Below, in pieces: positions 1-13,779 of a stretch of DNA of 64,000 nucleotides. Numbering within the stretch: the stretch's first letter is position 1; each line of letters begins with the position of its first letter. The translations under genes and the position numbers were made by a program. Below the pieces are notes generated by a model. The model was not told where the DNA came from. It worked only from the letters and a program-made list of their open reading frames with translations, and searched no databases. The stretch covers positions 206,708,001-206,772,000 of the forward strand of contig NC_091473.1 of assembly GCF_036971445.1 (NCBI RefSeq), given 5' to 3'. Source of the stretch: Narcine bancroftii (taxonomy: Eukaryota).

Positions 1-760
1 CCTTTTAATAAAGGAATAACTTTCACACAAATTATATGTTACCTTTAACAAAGGAATACACATTCTCAATTCTGTTTGCCACTTTTGAATATTCAATTCA
101 ATTTCATCCTTCCACGTAATAGCTATATATTTCCTCACAACTGCTAAAGCTAAAGGAATAAAAGTCATTTCAAATTTAGCCAATTTTAAACGCAAAGTCA
201 ATGTAATGGTACATCACAAAAAATAATAATATTCATAATAATAATAATAATAATAATAACAATGGATTAAATATTAACTTATATTAAAATAAAGCTTCCA
301 GGAAATCCACAATCCTTTGCCAAAAATGTTTCACCTTTTCAGAAAGCCAAACTGAATGTAAAAAAGTGCCAATTTCTTTAACACATCAAAAACACACTTC
401 TGAAGAACTAAAGCCTTATCTTTTTAACTATTCAGAAGTTAAATACAATTGATGTAAAAAATTATAAAGAACTAAATTATCTCACATAATTAATTAGTCA
501 TACAGTCCTCACCCATAGTCATCCACTCTTCCTGAGATGTTGAAATAGCCAAATCTTTTTCCCATTTATTTTTCGTTTTATACAAATCAGGTTTTTTCAT
601 CTCCTGCTGTAAAAGATCATACCTTTTGTCTCCTGTCTTTGAGGAGCTGTCTAAAAGATAAAATTTTCCTACATCTCATTTTCCACATATATATAGATGA
701 GGAAATTTTAAAATGTTACTTTATCTACATTTCCAATACATCATCAGTGAAGTTACGGAT
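1..760 (-). mobile_element. Degenerate L1/Tx1-clade LINE, ORF2 3' region
   Basis: Minus strand resembles the ORF2 C-terminus (Cys-rich HxxWxC region) also seen in the L1 copies near 22300 and 61600; heavily interrupted. Confidence 0.55.
235..259. repeat. (ATA)n microsatellite
   Basis: About 8 ATA units read directly. Confidence 0.9.
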
Positions 761-799
761 AAAACTTTATGTTTAAACGCTTTTTCAGAAGAATTTAAT

Positions 800-1225
800 A
801 GCAACAATTTATGATTTTATGCTGAAATTACGTCCAGTGATTTCTGACAAAATTAAAAATGAATGGTGGAGAGATCTTCAGATACCTTTACCTATATAGA
901 TATTGGAGAAAATTCCAAAATTCGGTAATGCTTCTGGAATGTGTGCTCGACAATCCTTGATACAATCGAAGGTGGTGCCAAGGACCCTTCTGTCCAAGAA
1001 CAATCCAGTTTGTTTTTATTCTCACATAAACCATATCCGTGACGGATGTAATTCTGAGGTGGCTTCCCTGACACATGTTTTGGTCCTGCCCTTCCCTGAA
1101 TAAAAAAATTCGAAAATATTTTATATTATTTCTGCAGTTTTGCTCATTGACCTACAACCTCATCATATTAGTGCACATTTTCAAAGACACATTTTTGACT
1201 CTGGTCGTTTATCTGCTTCAGCTTG
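800..1225 (+). mobile_element. L1/Tx1-clade ORF2 C-terminal fragment, opposite orientation
   Basis: ORF 903-1103 reads CARQSLIQSKVV...INHIRDGCNSEVASLTH followed by frameshifted FWSCP, a degenerate CCHC end of fish L1 ORF2. Confidence 0.65.
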
Positions 1226-1269
1226 TCGTGTGATTGAATGCGTTACTGTAATAACCAGAAGAGCCATTG

Positions 1270-2110
1270 CATTCAAATGCAAAGACACTAAAACTTGAAT
1301 TATGTTTCACTGTGGACAATCTTCGGTTACCTATCTCGGCATCCTTCGCTTCAGTACCACTGCTCAGGTTCCAGAGTCTCTTGCGATCCCTACTAGCAAA
1401 TAAAATGCGCCTGACTTTGTGTGTGTTCAAAAAATAACCAAAATGGAAGCAATGAGGTTAAGAGCTGTTCCGTCCTATAAAATGTTAACAATGCTGGTTT
1501 CACGTACAAATGTTATAAAGCAATCCATGGGACGCATTCCAGGTTGCCCAACGACGATAACGTTTGCAAAAGCACAATTAACGTTTTTTTTTACAAGAAG
1601 AAGGTTATCATCATGATGACATACATGACGTTTCTTTTAGTGCAGTATTTGGTTATAATGTTCTGAGTAGAAATAACCACAAAACGATCGAAGCTGAAAG
1701 CGACAGTTAACTAAATGGAATAATTTGTGGTAGCAGGAGCCAAGAACAGAATGCATCTGCACACTTCATGGTAAAATAGGAACGAGTTAAACTAATAAAG
1801 GTTGGCAAGTCAGTTCAGTATTACCTCGCAAAAAAACACCAAGACTTCCTCTGTCGCCATGGACTGGAGGTAACATATGATACATTTGGAGAGACCACAC
1901 TTCCTTCGCGAAAGAATCACAATTGCCATCACGTTTACTAGGACAGAAATAAAAGTGAAACATGATCAGCGTTATGCCGAACTGTCCCCTAAATATGAAT
2001 GAACTTCCTCGGAGGATGAAAGATCATTTATCGGGTGAGCGATTAACTCCTATTTTGAACAAGTAGAGGCATGCGTTTGGTTCCTGTAGAGATTAAATAT
2101 ATTATGCTGA
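1270..2110 (+). mobile_element. Very degenerate Gypsy-like pol relic
   Basis: GQSSVTYLGI near 1314-1343 resembles the RT motif after YxDD; the rest is barely alignable. Confidence 0.3.
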
Positions 2111-2115
2111 CTACT

Positions 2116-3130
2116 TGTTATTGGTTATGACTGTATATTGGCTCCAACCTACTGGTATAACAGATGGTGTAACGTATCCCACTGACCAGTAGAAGTAGCT
2201 TCTATTAATAAAAGCCTATCGTATGATATAAGTCTGGTCCATGTCTCTGGCAAATCAATTTTCTTAACAGAAGAAAAATTATGGATATTTACCTCAAACC
2301 TGGAAGACTCGAAATAGATCACAATGCCACCCGATCCGGAGAAAAGTTCCACCACTGGATCCAGTGCTTTCAAGCATAAATGCAGAAGAACAATGTTGTG
2401 CAAGACACTGAGAAAATGGACCATTTTTAGGGTCTCCTTGGAGACGTCTCCTACACCGTGGTCAGAGAGATAGCTGGCTATCAGTACGCAGTGAATCTCC
2501 TTAAAACCTACAATGGTGTTCCTCAGAACTCCCTGTATGCAAGACACCAACTTCACATTTGGAAGCAACAAGCAGGAGAGAGCGTAGATGCGTTCGCGCT
2601 CGCCGTGAAAGGGTTATCCAGGGACGGTGCTTGCGCCGCCGTCACGGCTGAAGCTCATTGTGAGTCCCTGATGTTAGATGCATTTGTAAACGGTCTGGAA
2701 TACGGATATTTTAGACAGCGTCCACGGGAGTCTCCGGGCTTGACTGTTAATGTGACTCGGCAACAAACGAGGATGCTCCTAACTGCTTTTCGAGGGGTGA
2801 AAGCATTTGAACAAGGAAGAAGTGGCGCCCCTCAAATCGACACATAGTGAAGATTCACAACTGAGCTGATGAGACCGTGATGCAAACGCCGGTTCCCAAA
2901 GTGTTATTTTTGTGGCTTGGCAGACATTCCCACGACTGGTGCCCTTCACGCAGAGATACCTGCGCCAACTGCGGGAATAAGGGCCATTGGGCAAGAGCTT
3001 ACCGAACTCTGGGAACGGCTAACTTTAAATAGAGTTCGAAGAGGGAGTTTCAGATTCCAGAAACCAAATGTAACTGCGAATTCATGTTTTCTCAGTAGTT
3101 CGGGAACTGGTCCTGAACAGAGAATTTGAG
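2116..3130 (+). mobile_element. Gypsy (Ty3) LTR retrotransposon remnant: probable LTR plus gag pseudogene
   Basis: ATG 2281 MDIYLKPGRLEID...FHHWIQCF; ORF 2458-2847 GESVDAF...LMLDAFVNGL; zinc-knuckle region CYFCG...CPSRRDTCANCGNKGHWAR at ~2901-3005. An upstream TG...CA segment with AATAAA may be the LTR. Confidence 0.7.
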
Positions 3131-3837
3131 ATTTGAAACTCATCATCAGAATAGCAACCTCTCAACACAACCCTGAATCATGCAGCTCCGTGTCCTTGTG
3201 CACATTCTTGAATATTTATTAATTGAAAAAAGGCAATAAATTGCAAATAAGGTGACGTGAGTTATTGGTATCCTGACGGCATACAAGACCAGCTGTGCTG
3301 ACAGGTCGAACGTTTGTCTACATTGTTGTGGTAATGGTCCACCCTTTCGGAGTGAAGCACTACTTCTGGTGATTTATTCTCCTCGGGTGTGTTTGTTCAG
3401 CATTTGTATTTCTACTCGTAAAACTGGTGCCTATCCAGAAATATAAATAATTCACCATCGGAATTTATTGGCTCGGGCTTTATGCGGGACCAAAGTGGAT
3501 TTACTTGGCAGCTCAGAAACGCTTTCCATTATGTCCTGAATCTAAAATAAGAACGATGCTTAAAGAAAGTTAAACTTATGGACACGTCTTTTAATGCTTC
3601 CAGACACATAATGTGACATGTGCCCGTAGACATGGTACGTTCAACTTTGGTGCTTCCCCTTAGAAATAATTGAGTAACCAAAATTTAGACAGTCCCTTTA
3701 ACTAACATCTTTTCTTCCTATACTATTTTGAAATATATATTTTCCGTATATTCCTTGATTACAGAAATTACTTCGACCTGCAAGTATACTCTATTTCACG
3801 TTTCAAGTGTATTGACTAATCCTCTGGTCGTTTTCAG

Positions 3838-5976
3838 AGTTGAGTAAGATTGATTGGGTGGTGTTTATCGGGGAGTTGACTGTGGATAGACAATGGAAAG
3901 CATTCACAGATCTAATGGAGAAATTGCAAAAATCGTTTATACCAGTTTGGCATAAAAATAAACCAAAAAAGGTGACTCAACCGTGGATAACAAGGGAAAA
4001 TAGAGACAGCATTAGATCAAAAGAGAGAGCATATCAATTTGCCAAAAAAAAGTACCACAACCGAAGACTGGGAGCAGTTCAAGATGCACCAAAGGAGGAA
4101 AAAGGGATTAATCAAGAGAACAAAAATAAATTACGAAAGTAAGCTTGCGGCAAATATAAAAACCAACTGCAAAAGCTTTTATAAATATGTCAAGAGGAAA
4201 AGATTGGTGAAATCCAGAGTAGGTCATTTGCAGTCGGAATCAGGGGAATATATAATGGGGAATAAGGAAATGGCAGACCAATTAAATTCTTACTTTAGTT
4301 CTGTTTTTACAAGCGAGGATACAAATAACCACCCAAGGATGTTGGGAAACATAGAGACTAATGCAAGGGAGGAACTGAAAGAAATCAGTATATCTAAGGA
4401 CATGGTCTTGGGGAAATTGATGTGATTGAAGGCAGATAAATCCCAAGGGCCTGATAATCTACATCCTAGGGTACTTAAGGAAGTGGCCATTCAGATAGCA
4501 GATGCTTTAAGAATTATTTTCCAGAACTCGTTAGACTCAGGATCAATACCCATGGATTGGAGGGTAGCTAATGTTACCCCACTATTTAAAAAGGGAGGTA
4601 GAGAAAAAGCGGGAATTATAGGCCGGTGAGCCTTACATCAGTAGTGGGCAAAATGATGGGATCCATTATTAAGGATGCAATAGCAGAGCATATGACTAGC
4701 AGAGAAGGGATCGGACGGAGTCAACATGAATTTACAAAAGGTAAATCGTGCTTGACAAATCTATTGGAATTCTTTGAGATGGTGACAGGTAAAATAGATG
4801 GGGGAGAGCCCGTGGATGTGGTGCACCTGGACTTCCAAAAGGCCTTCGGTAAGGTCCCGCAGAAATGACTGGCTTACAAAATCAAGGCTCATGGGATTGG
4901 GGGCAAAGTATTGATGTGGATTGAGAACTGGCTGGCAGGTTGAGAGTTGGGATAAATGACTCGTTTTCTGAGTGGCAGACGGTGACCAGTGGGGTGCCAC
5001 AGGGATCTGTGCTGGGACCCCAGCTGTTCACAATTTACATTAATGATCTGGATGAGGGGATTGGATGTAATATCTCCAAATTTGCAGATGACACTAAGCT
5101 GGGAGGGGTTGTGTGCACGGAAGAGGGGGTCAGGAAGCTCCAGTGTGATTTGGATAAATTGAGGGACTGGGCAGATACATGGCAAATGCATTACAATGTG
5201 GATAAATATGAGGTTATCCACTTTGGTAATACAAACTGGAGGGCAGATTCCTATTTGAATGGCAATAGATTAAGAGATGGGGAAGTGCAGAGAGACCTAG
5301 GGGCACGCAGGTACAGCAGGCGGTTAAAAAGGCAAATGGTATGTTGGCCTTCATATCAAGAGGGTTTGAGCATAGGAACAAGGATACCTTACTGCAGCTG
5401 TACAGGGCCTTGGACAGACCACACCTGGAGTATTGTGTGCAGTTTTGGTCACCTTATCTAAGGAAGGATGTTCTTGCAATGGAGGGAGTGCAGAAGCGAT
5501 TCACCAGGCTGATACCTGGAATGGCAGGAATGACTTATGAGGAAAGATTGTGCAAATTGAGATTGTACTCGCTGGAGTTTAGAAGATTGAGAGGGGATCT
5601 CATAGAGACATATAAAATTCTGGCAGGACTGGACAGAATGGATGCAGATGGGATGTTTCCAATGATGGGAAAATCCTGAACCCGGGGCCATGGTTTGAGG
5701 ATAATAGGCAAACCATTTAGGACCGAGATGAGGAGGAATTTCTTTACCCAGAGGGTGGTGAATCTGTGGAATTCATTGCCACAGAGGGCAGTAGAGGCAG
5801 GTTCATTAAATATGTTTAAGAGGGAATTAGATATATTTCTTCAGTATAAGGGTATGAAAGGTTACGGAGTGAAGGCAGGGACGGGGTACTGAACTTTAAG
5901 ATCAGCCATGATCTCGTTGAATGGTGGAGCAGGCTCGAAGGGTCGAATGACCTACTCCTGCTCCTATCTTCTATGT
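3838..5976 (+). mobile_element. CR1 LINE, 5'-truncated, ORF2 RT with frameshifts and 3' UTR
   Basis: KSQGPDNLHPRVLKE, WRVANVTPLFKKG, KSCLTNLLEFFE, SGVPQGSVLGP, SKFADDTK, RPHLEYCVQFWSP; CR1 3' UTR ending cctactcctgctcctat. Confidence 0.95.
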
Positions 5977-7219
5977 ATATTTACTTAGATTCATCTGTGT
6001 GTCCTGTGAAAAGGGTGGGACCATCAATGAAAGCACAAAATGATAATAATGGAACCTAAAGCTCTCTGTCCTCTACTCCGAGGTCTGAGCAGATATCGCC
6101 AAGTAATAAATTGTGGTCACATCGCCAAACACAGCGAGTGGGCATAAATACAAAGGATGTCCGAAAATATAACTTATGGATAATGACTGGTAGAATTCTC
6201 TTTATATTCAAACATGCTGGAATACTAACACAAACCACAGGAAAAAAGAAGTCTGCATGAACTTCGTACTTGATTTGTGCATTCACTGTGGACATATAAG
6301 CACAGAACGGAATGAGGAAGCATTTATCGCCGGATTATTGCCCTTTATTTATATTTATGGGTACATTTGGATCACCCCTTCGAAGTTGCTTATGAGATTT
6401 AAAGTTTTGAAAATCTCCTAACTCAACCGATTATGTAATATTGTAAGTAATATATTCACTAAATATGATATGCATACTTTAATACCATTCCCACCAGACT
6501 TTCTGCGACTTTGGATAAGAGAACAAGTCTTGAGGGCTTGATTATTAGCAATTATTTAGAAATTAGCAAAGATTTTTCGTCTGTATTCAGGCACGAAAAT
6601 GTTAGAGGAGCAAAGAACCATTTGTTAGAGGAACACAACGCTCAGATCAAAAAAAGTTCAAATGAGCGTGTATAGACGGTATATAGATGAAGAAAAATGT
6701 TGCCAGAAATTGTATCTGATAACGAATGAAGGTGAAACTACTGGTGCAATGAAACAGCGGACGAATTCCAAGGGGACAGTGGAGGTGTAATAATGCATGG
6801 TAAAGGTTGGGTCAGGAAAATGGAAGCATAGTCGGGGAAAAGAATCAAAACGTTTACCGGGGTGACCCGATGTTATCAAATCAGTTGGATTTGCAGGCTA
6901 ACATGGGTTCGCAGATGAATCTTATTCCGAATTTAATTTACAGGCACTTTCTGTCTGTCGGGAATCCAGAACATGAAAATTAATTGCAAAGCGGTCTGTC
7001 AATCTCTCACCATCACATTCCACGATTGATTCTATGGTGGGAAATTATTTACGCTGATTACTTCTTTAAATTGCTAGTTCTCAGTAGCAACGAATCACTC
7101 AAGGACGACGTATATGACGTCGACTAATAGAGGAGAAATGAGTTTTCCTTTGGATATTTCGGATTTAAAAGCTGACGACAACGCAACCTGTTGCTATTGA
7201 GCTAAGTACTGAATGTAGC

Positions 7220-8030
7220 CCGGTGTACAGCACCAGAGGGACTGAGCAATGTCATCAGAGGCCACGGCAGCACACCCATGTGCCTTTCCTATCATTGCAG
7301 GGTACTTCAACCAGGTACACCTGAAAATGTCTTCCACGAACTATTACCAATACGTTTCATGCTATAAATGATGGGACAGCACACTTAACCACTCTAAGAA
7401 GCTATGAAGAACACTTGACGAAATAGTCCACTACCGCGCTTTGGCACATCTTATCACCAGACTATACTTCGACTCCCGGTTTATAAGCAGAGACTTAAAA
7501 CTGTGTTTGCAGTCAAATTATAATGTGGGGCTGAGGTGGAGTAGAGAGTCTGCATAACAGCTTGAATCAGTATTCATCCTCAAACTTTAATGAAGATGCT
7601 ACGGCTGTCATTAACTTCATCAAGATATGTGTGGGCGAGTGTGTTCTGACGCGTACAACTTGGCAATATCCCAAACAGAAAGATAGAATGAATATTAGCA
7701 AACTGCTGTGCCCAAGTTCGATGGAGTTCAAACTGGTTGTCCAGATCTCTAAAGGAAGTGAATATGACCTACAGAAGCCTATCAGAGAACGTTCTGAGAG
7801 ATGCTCGAGACACACTCAAACACTCGTTAACTATGGTAATAATTGCAGGCCATTACATACAACTGGGCAAGAACGAACACCGGAAATAGTTGTAGAACTT
7901 CATTACGCGATGATCTGAACACATTTTATGCTCCCTTTGAGATGGATTACGCACTGATAGCTTTGTGAATCCATGTATAATCCGACCACTAGGTTATATC
8001 TGTCTCTTACGCCAATGTCAAAGCTCGACA
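7220..8030 (+). mobile_element. Rex1/Babar-clade LINE relic (endonuclease region)
   Basis: Degenerate HPxAFPIIAGxFNQ, TLxH, FGxSxH, LPxYKQRLK; downstream VINFIKICVGECVLTRTTWQYPKQK. Confidence 0.65.
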
Positions 8031-8049
8031 ATTGGTTATTTCAACAGGA

Positions 8050-9115
8050 ATGTCAGGAGGTTTGCTATGTAACCAAAGAATCTTGCAGAATTCTACGGAT
8101 GTAACCTCGGGAGTGTTCTGACTGATTGTGTCAATGTGTGCGGTGGACATAAGAACAAAACTACATTGAGCTGTGAACTCAGCCAGCACTATTACAGAAA
8201 TCAGTTAATTGAGCACATGGACAAGAGGTGGTTGCTTGAGAGAGCAGTCTCTATTCTCAAATTCCCTCACCATTCAGACAGTCCCTGCTTCACACTGATG
8301 ACAGTTGTCAGAAGTCAAACTCGAGTTTGAAACCTTGTGAAAGACAAGGCTGAGTACCAATAACAAGAATTAGTGCTGTTGTGCGTGTACTCCTGGGAAA
8401 AGTTGAACAGAGTAGCAGTAGCTTTTGAAAACAAAGGAATACAACTTCTCTGATTTTTCAGAAAAGAGGACAGATATCTACTGGGTCCATTTTTTTATGG
8501 CCTTGTTTGGATTGTGACTTTATCGTAAAAGAAGACATCAATATTTGTTTAACCTTTATCTGGGATTGTGAATTCATCAGAGAAGAATAAAACCACTTCA
8601 GTTAATCCTTTTTTGGGTTTGTGAATTCATCTGAATTCCTCTTTGTTTGAGAGGAAAGAACATTCTTATTGTGGAAAGACGAATTGTGAGTAAAAAATGC
8701 CTGCGAATATGCTGTTTAAAAGCGCTTCCTAGATATCCCTGAACTAACAATTTAAGACCTTCAAGCAAGACTAAAAAATAATGATGAAGTTATAAATACT
8801 GACCTTTCNNNNNNNNNNNNNNNNNNNNNNNNNNNNNNNNNNNNNNNNNNNNNNNNNNNNNNNNNNNNNNNNNNNNNNNNNNNNNNNNNNNNNNNNNNNN
8901 NNNNNNNNNNNNNNNNNNNNNNNNNNNNNNNNNNNNNNNNNNNNNNNNNNNNNNNNNCATTACATTTGTGCACAGTTTGGTTAAATTTAGAGTTAAGCAA
9001 ATTTAGAAAAAAATAAGAAATGTTGTTTGTTATTAGCTTAATTAAAAAAAACACTGTTATTTTGAAGTTACCATTTTCTCGTCAATTTTCCATTGCTGTT
9101 TCCATGTTAGTAGTA
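8050..9115 (+). mobile_element. Possible old solo LTR spanning a gap
   Basis: 8958-9110 resembles the reverse complement of the left ends of the LTRs at 33318 and 34763; boundaries uncertain. Confidence 0.35.
8809..8957. other. Assembly gap
   Basis: Run of N. Confidence 1.
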
Positions 9116-9624
9116 AATGCAAAGCCCCTCAAGTCACAAATAAAATTTAAAATGGATGTTAATTCGTAAAATAATAATTGCAGGGAAATGCAATATTGAC
9201 AAAGGTAGTTAGGTTTCGCAATTTATTGAAAAGAGCAAATTTCATTGTGAAAAGCGAATAGTTTTTGCTCTGCTGCATGATAAGTGACAGTTCATGTTGC
9301 GAATTTCTGTGAATTCGTATAAGAGTTTTACGGCTTCTTCCTATGTTTTGACGAATTAATTTTCTTGGAATACAGGAAAGCATTGGTGTAACAAAATTTT
9401 ATAACGCATTCAAAAGTAAAGAATAACTGCTCAAAGTTTTTTTTTAATTTAACTCAGAGTACAGAATTTTGATTGGCTGTCACATGCACTTCGATATCTG
9501 TACTCCAATAAAAATGTAATTGCTTTCAGGGATTTACGGATATCTGCTCTTGTTGTGATGCTTGGGCAATTGTTAAAAAAAAATTCGCCACTTCACAGGT
9601 GCATATAATATCCCATTTCCCCTC

Positions 9625-9796
9625 NNNNNNNNNNNNNNNNNNNNNNNNNNNNNNNNNNNNNNNNNNNNNNNNNNNNNNNNNNNNNNNNNNNNNNNNNNNN
9701 NNNNNNNNNNNNNNNNNNNNNNNNNNNNNNNNNNNNNNNNNNNNNNNNNNNNNNNNNNNNNNNNNNNNNNNNNNNNNNNNNNNNNNNNNNNNNNNN
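9625..9796. other. Assembly gap
   Basis: Run of N. Confidence 1.
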
Positions 9797-9834
9797 ACAC
9801 ACACGCCACCAAATAAATCATTACTCTGGATGTT

Positions 9835-11040
9835 ATATGTCTGAATGGAGAACGGTGAAACATTAAAGCAAACAGCCCTCTGGACCATGCCGAAAATTTT
9901 GCCTATTCCCATTGACCTGCATAGCCTTCCATACATATCAGATCCATGTACCTGTACAAATTATTCTTACATTTTAAAATTGAACCCGCATTCACCAATC
10001 CACTAGGATTTCGTTCAACTCTCTGTGTGAATAAAGTTCATCTCATGTTCCCCTAAATGTTTCCCCTTTCACCCTTATCCATCTCTTCTGATTTTTATTT
10101 TAATTAATTTCTTTTGGTAAAATCTATCTACCTTTATCCTGTCTATCCGCTCATGTTTCAATAACCTGATCAAATTTTTCCTCATTCTTCTATGCTGCAG
10201 GGAAAAATATTCTAACCTATATCTGAGTTATTGAAGTCCGGTCAATATCCCAGTAATTCTTCTCTGTACTGATTATATCTTAATTCTATCTTTCCTGCAG
10301 TTCAGTGACCAGAACTGGGCACAATGCTCCAAATGTGGCCTCACCAATGTCTTATATACCTTTTCCATTACATCGCAAATCCTATTCATGATAATTTGAT
10401 TTAAAAAGGCCAGTATGCCAAAAGTTCTCCTTAAAAACCTATCCACCACTTTCAGGGATTTATTTATCTGTATCCCTAGATACGTATGTTGTTCTGCACT
10501 GCTCAGTGCCCCACCATTCACCGTGTATGCTCTTTCTTGTTTTGTCCTTTCAAAATACACCACACATGTCTGAATTGAAGTCCATCTGCCATTCTTCAGC
10601 CGATTCTTCCAGCTGGTCCAGATCCCTCTGGAAACTTAGAAAACCTTCTTCTCTGACCAAAATACGGCAAAATTAGTTTCATCTGCAAAGTTGCCGATCC
10701 ATTTTACCACATTATAATCCAGATGACAAATAACAATGTTCATAGCACCGATCTGCGCAACACGCCATTAATCAGATGCCTCAAGGCTGGGAAACAATAA
10801 CCCCCATTACTATCAGTTTACTCCAGTCCAACTATTGTAGAATCGAGTTTACTCCTTCATCTGGAAAACCGACTTTCTGAACCTTCCTGACTAATATCGC
10901 ATGTGTGACATTACAAAATTCCATGTTGGCAACATATACAGACTTTCCTTCCTTAACATTCCTTGTAACTCCCTCGAAAATTCTATAAGATTATTTAAAT
11001 GTGACCTACCATGCACAAACTCATGTTCACTAGCACTAAT
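9835..11040 (-). mobile_element. Older CR1 LINE, 3' UTR and RT end
   Basis: ORF 10273-10563 YKTLVRPHLEHCAQFWS; HEFVHGRSHLNNLIEF near 11000. Confidence 0.85.
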
Positions 11041-13770
11041 CATTTTCTGGGTACTATTTACCATAACTCCTAAATCCCTTTGTTGCTCTGCACTCCTCAA
11101 TTGTCTACCATTCAATGTATATGACCTATTTAAATTTGCCTTTCCAAAATGTAGCACCTCACATTTATCTGTATTAAATTCCATCAGCCATTTCTCAGCC
11201 ACACCTCCAGCCTTCCTAAATCACCGTTTAATCTACTGTAATCTTCCTCTCTGTCCACAACACCACCAATGTTTGTATCATCTGCAAACTTGCTTATCCA
11301 ATCCTCCACCCCTACTTCCAGATCGTTAATATATATAACAAACAATAGAGGACCCAAGACCGATCCCTGAGGAACTCCACTAGCCACAAGCCTCCAACTG
11401 GACAAACAATTTTCTACCACTACTCTCTGACAGCTCCCATCCAACCATTGCTGAATCCATTTAACTACCTCCTTATTTATAGCTAATGCCTCCACATTTT
11501 TTCCTAACCTCCTGTGGGGAACTTTGTCAAAAGCTTTACTTTTGCATCCACAGCTATCCCTTCATCAACCTTTTTTGTATCCCCCTCGAAAAACTCAATC
11601 AGGTTTGTCAAGCATGATCTACCCCTGACAAAACCACGTTGATTACTCCCTATCAATCCCTGTACCTCCAAATATTTGTAAATAGCATCCCTCAGAACAC
11701 TTTCCATCAACTTACCCACCACATATGTCGGACTCACGGACCTATAATTCCCAGATTTACCTTTGGACCATTTCTTAAACAGCAGAACCACATGCGCCAC
11801 CCTCCAATCCTTTGGTGCTACCCCCGTGACCAGTAACATCCTAGATATCTCTGTTCATGGCCCCATTATCTGTCCACATGCCTCCCTGAGTGTCCATGGG
11901 AATGTTTTGTCCGGTCCTGGAGATTTATCCACCTTTATATTTTTCCACACAGCCATCACTACCTCCTCGGTTATCCTTATATGCTTCATGACCTCCCCAC
12001 TATTTTTATTTACTCCAACTGGTTCAATATTGTTTTCCTTAGTTAATACCGAGGCAAAGAAATCATTCAAAATATCCCCCATTTCCTTTGACTTCTCACT
12101 CAGCCTAACTTCGCTATCTACAAGGGGTGAAATTTTATCCCTCACTAATCTTTCACTTTTAATGTACCAATAGAAACCCTTTGGATTTATTTTTTCTCTG
12201 TCTGCTAAAGACTCCGTGCCTTTTTTTTTGGTCTTTCTAATTTCTTTCTTAAGATTCCTTCTACACTACTTGTAGTCCTCCTTCAAACTCTCAGCTCCCT
12301 GCTCTTTAAACCTCTTGTACACCTCCCATTTTCTCCTAACCAAATTTCCGATATTCCTCGAAAACCAAGCCTCCCTATGACTTCCAGCCTCTCCTTTGAT
12401 CCTCATTGGGACATATCTACTCTGTACACTCAAAATATCTTTTTTGAATATCTTCCATTTTTCATTTACATCCTTAATTGAAAATATCCTGTCCCACTCA
12501 ATACTCCCGAAATCCATTCTTATTCTTTCGAAATTTGCTCTTCTCCAATCCAGAACCTCAACTTTAGGCCCCTTTTTGCTCTTCCCTAAAACTACCTGTA
12601 AACTAACAGAATTATGATCACTAGACCCAATTTGTTCTCCAATATTAATGTCCGATCTCTGACCTAGCTCATTCCTAACAGGAGATTTAGTATTACACCG
12701 TCCCGAGTCGGTTCTTCTACTAATTGATTTAGTAAACAATCTTGAACACATTTAACGAATTTAGCCCATCCAGCCCTCTAACTGTATGGGTATCCCAATC
12801 AATGTGAGGGAAGTTAAAATCTCCCATAATCACTACATTATGATTCTCACACATATACGTTATCTCCCTACAAATTTGTTCCTCTAATTTTCTTGGTCCA
12901 TTTGGTGGTCTGTAATACACCACTATTAGCACTCTGATGCCTCCTTCACCCCTCAATTCCACCCAAACAGCCTCACTGGACGATCCCTCCAGACCATCCT
13001 GCCACCTCACGGCAGTAATGTCCGCCTTAACAAACAGAGCAATTCCTCTCCCTTTTTTACCCCCTGCCCTATCACATCTAACACAAATGTATCCTAGAAT
13101 ATTAAGTTGCCGGACTTGCCCCTCCTGTAGCCAGGTCTCACTAATTGCCACAATATCATGACCCCGAGTATCTGTCCATGCTCTAAGCTCATCTACCTTG
13201 TTCACTATGCTTTTTGCATTAAAATATACGCATTTCAGAGAATGACCCTCACCTATATTCTCTTTTCTACCTTTACCCTAATCTCCATCCTATCTTTGTT
13301 ATCGTTATTATTCCTATCTAGGTGGCCATGCTCCCTTGACACTGCTTTCACACTCTGCTCCCCACCCCCCTGCCAAACTAGCTTAAACCTTCCACCACAG
13401 CTCTAGAAAATCTGCTTGCCAGCACATTGGTCCCCATCTAGTTCAAGTGGAGTCCGTCCCTTTTGTACAGGTCCGACCTTCCCCTGAAGAGATCCCAATG
13501 ATCCAGAAATGTTATTCCTTGCCTACTGCACCATCTCTTTAGCCACGCATTCATCCTCCACATCCTCCTATTTCTACCCTCACTAGCGCGTGGCCCCGGC
13601 AGCAATTCAGAGATTACTACCTTGGAGGTCCTTTTTTTTAACTTCCTACCTAATTCCACATAATCCTGTTTCAGAACCTCATCCCCACTTCTAACTAATT
13701 CATTGGTCCCCCCATGGACCACAACTTCTGGCTGTTGTCCTTCCCCTTGCAGAATGCTATGAACTCGATC
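11041..13770 (-). mobile_element. CR1 LINE: ORF1 SGNH/esterase end, APE endonuclease and RT, lacking its 3' end
   Basis: VHGGTNE...YKRDGLHLN (ORF1); IVAISETWL, YYRPP, IMGDFNFP, SSDHNSV (EN); KSPGPD, GVPQGSVLGP, SKFADDT (RT). Confidence 0.92.
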
Positions 13771-13779
13771 AAAGATCTA

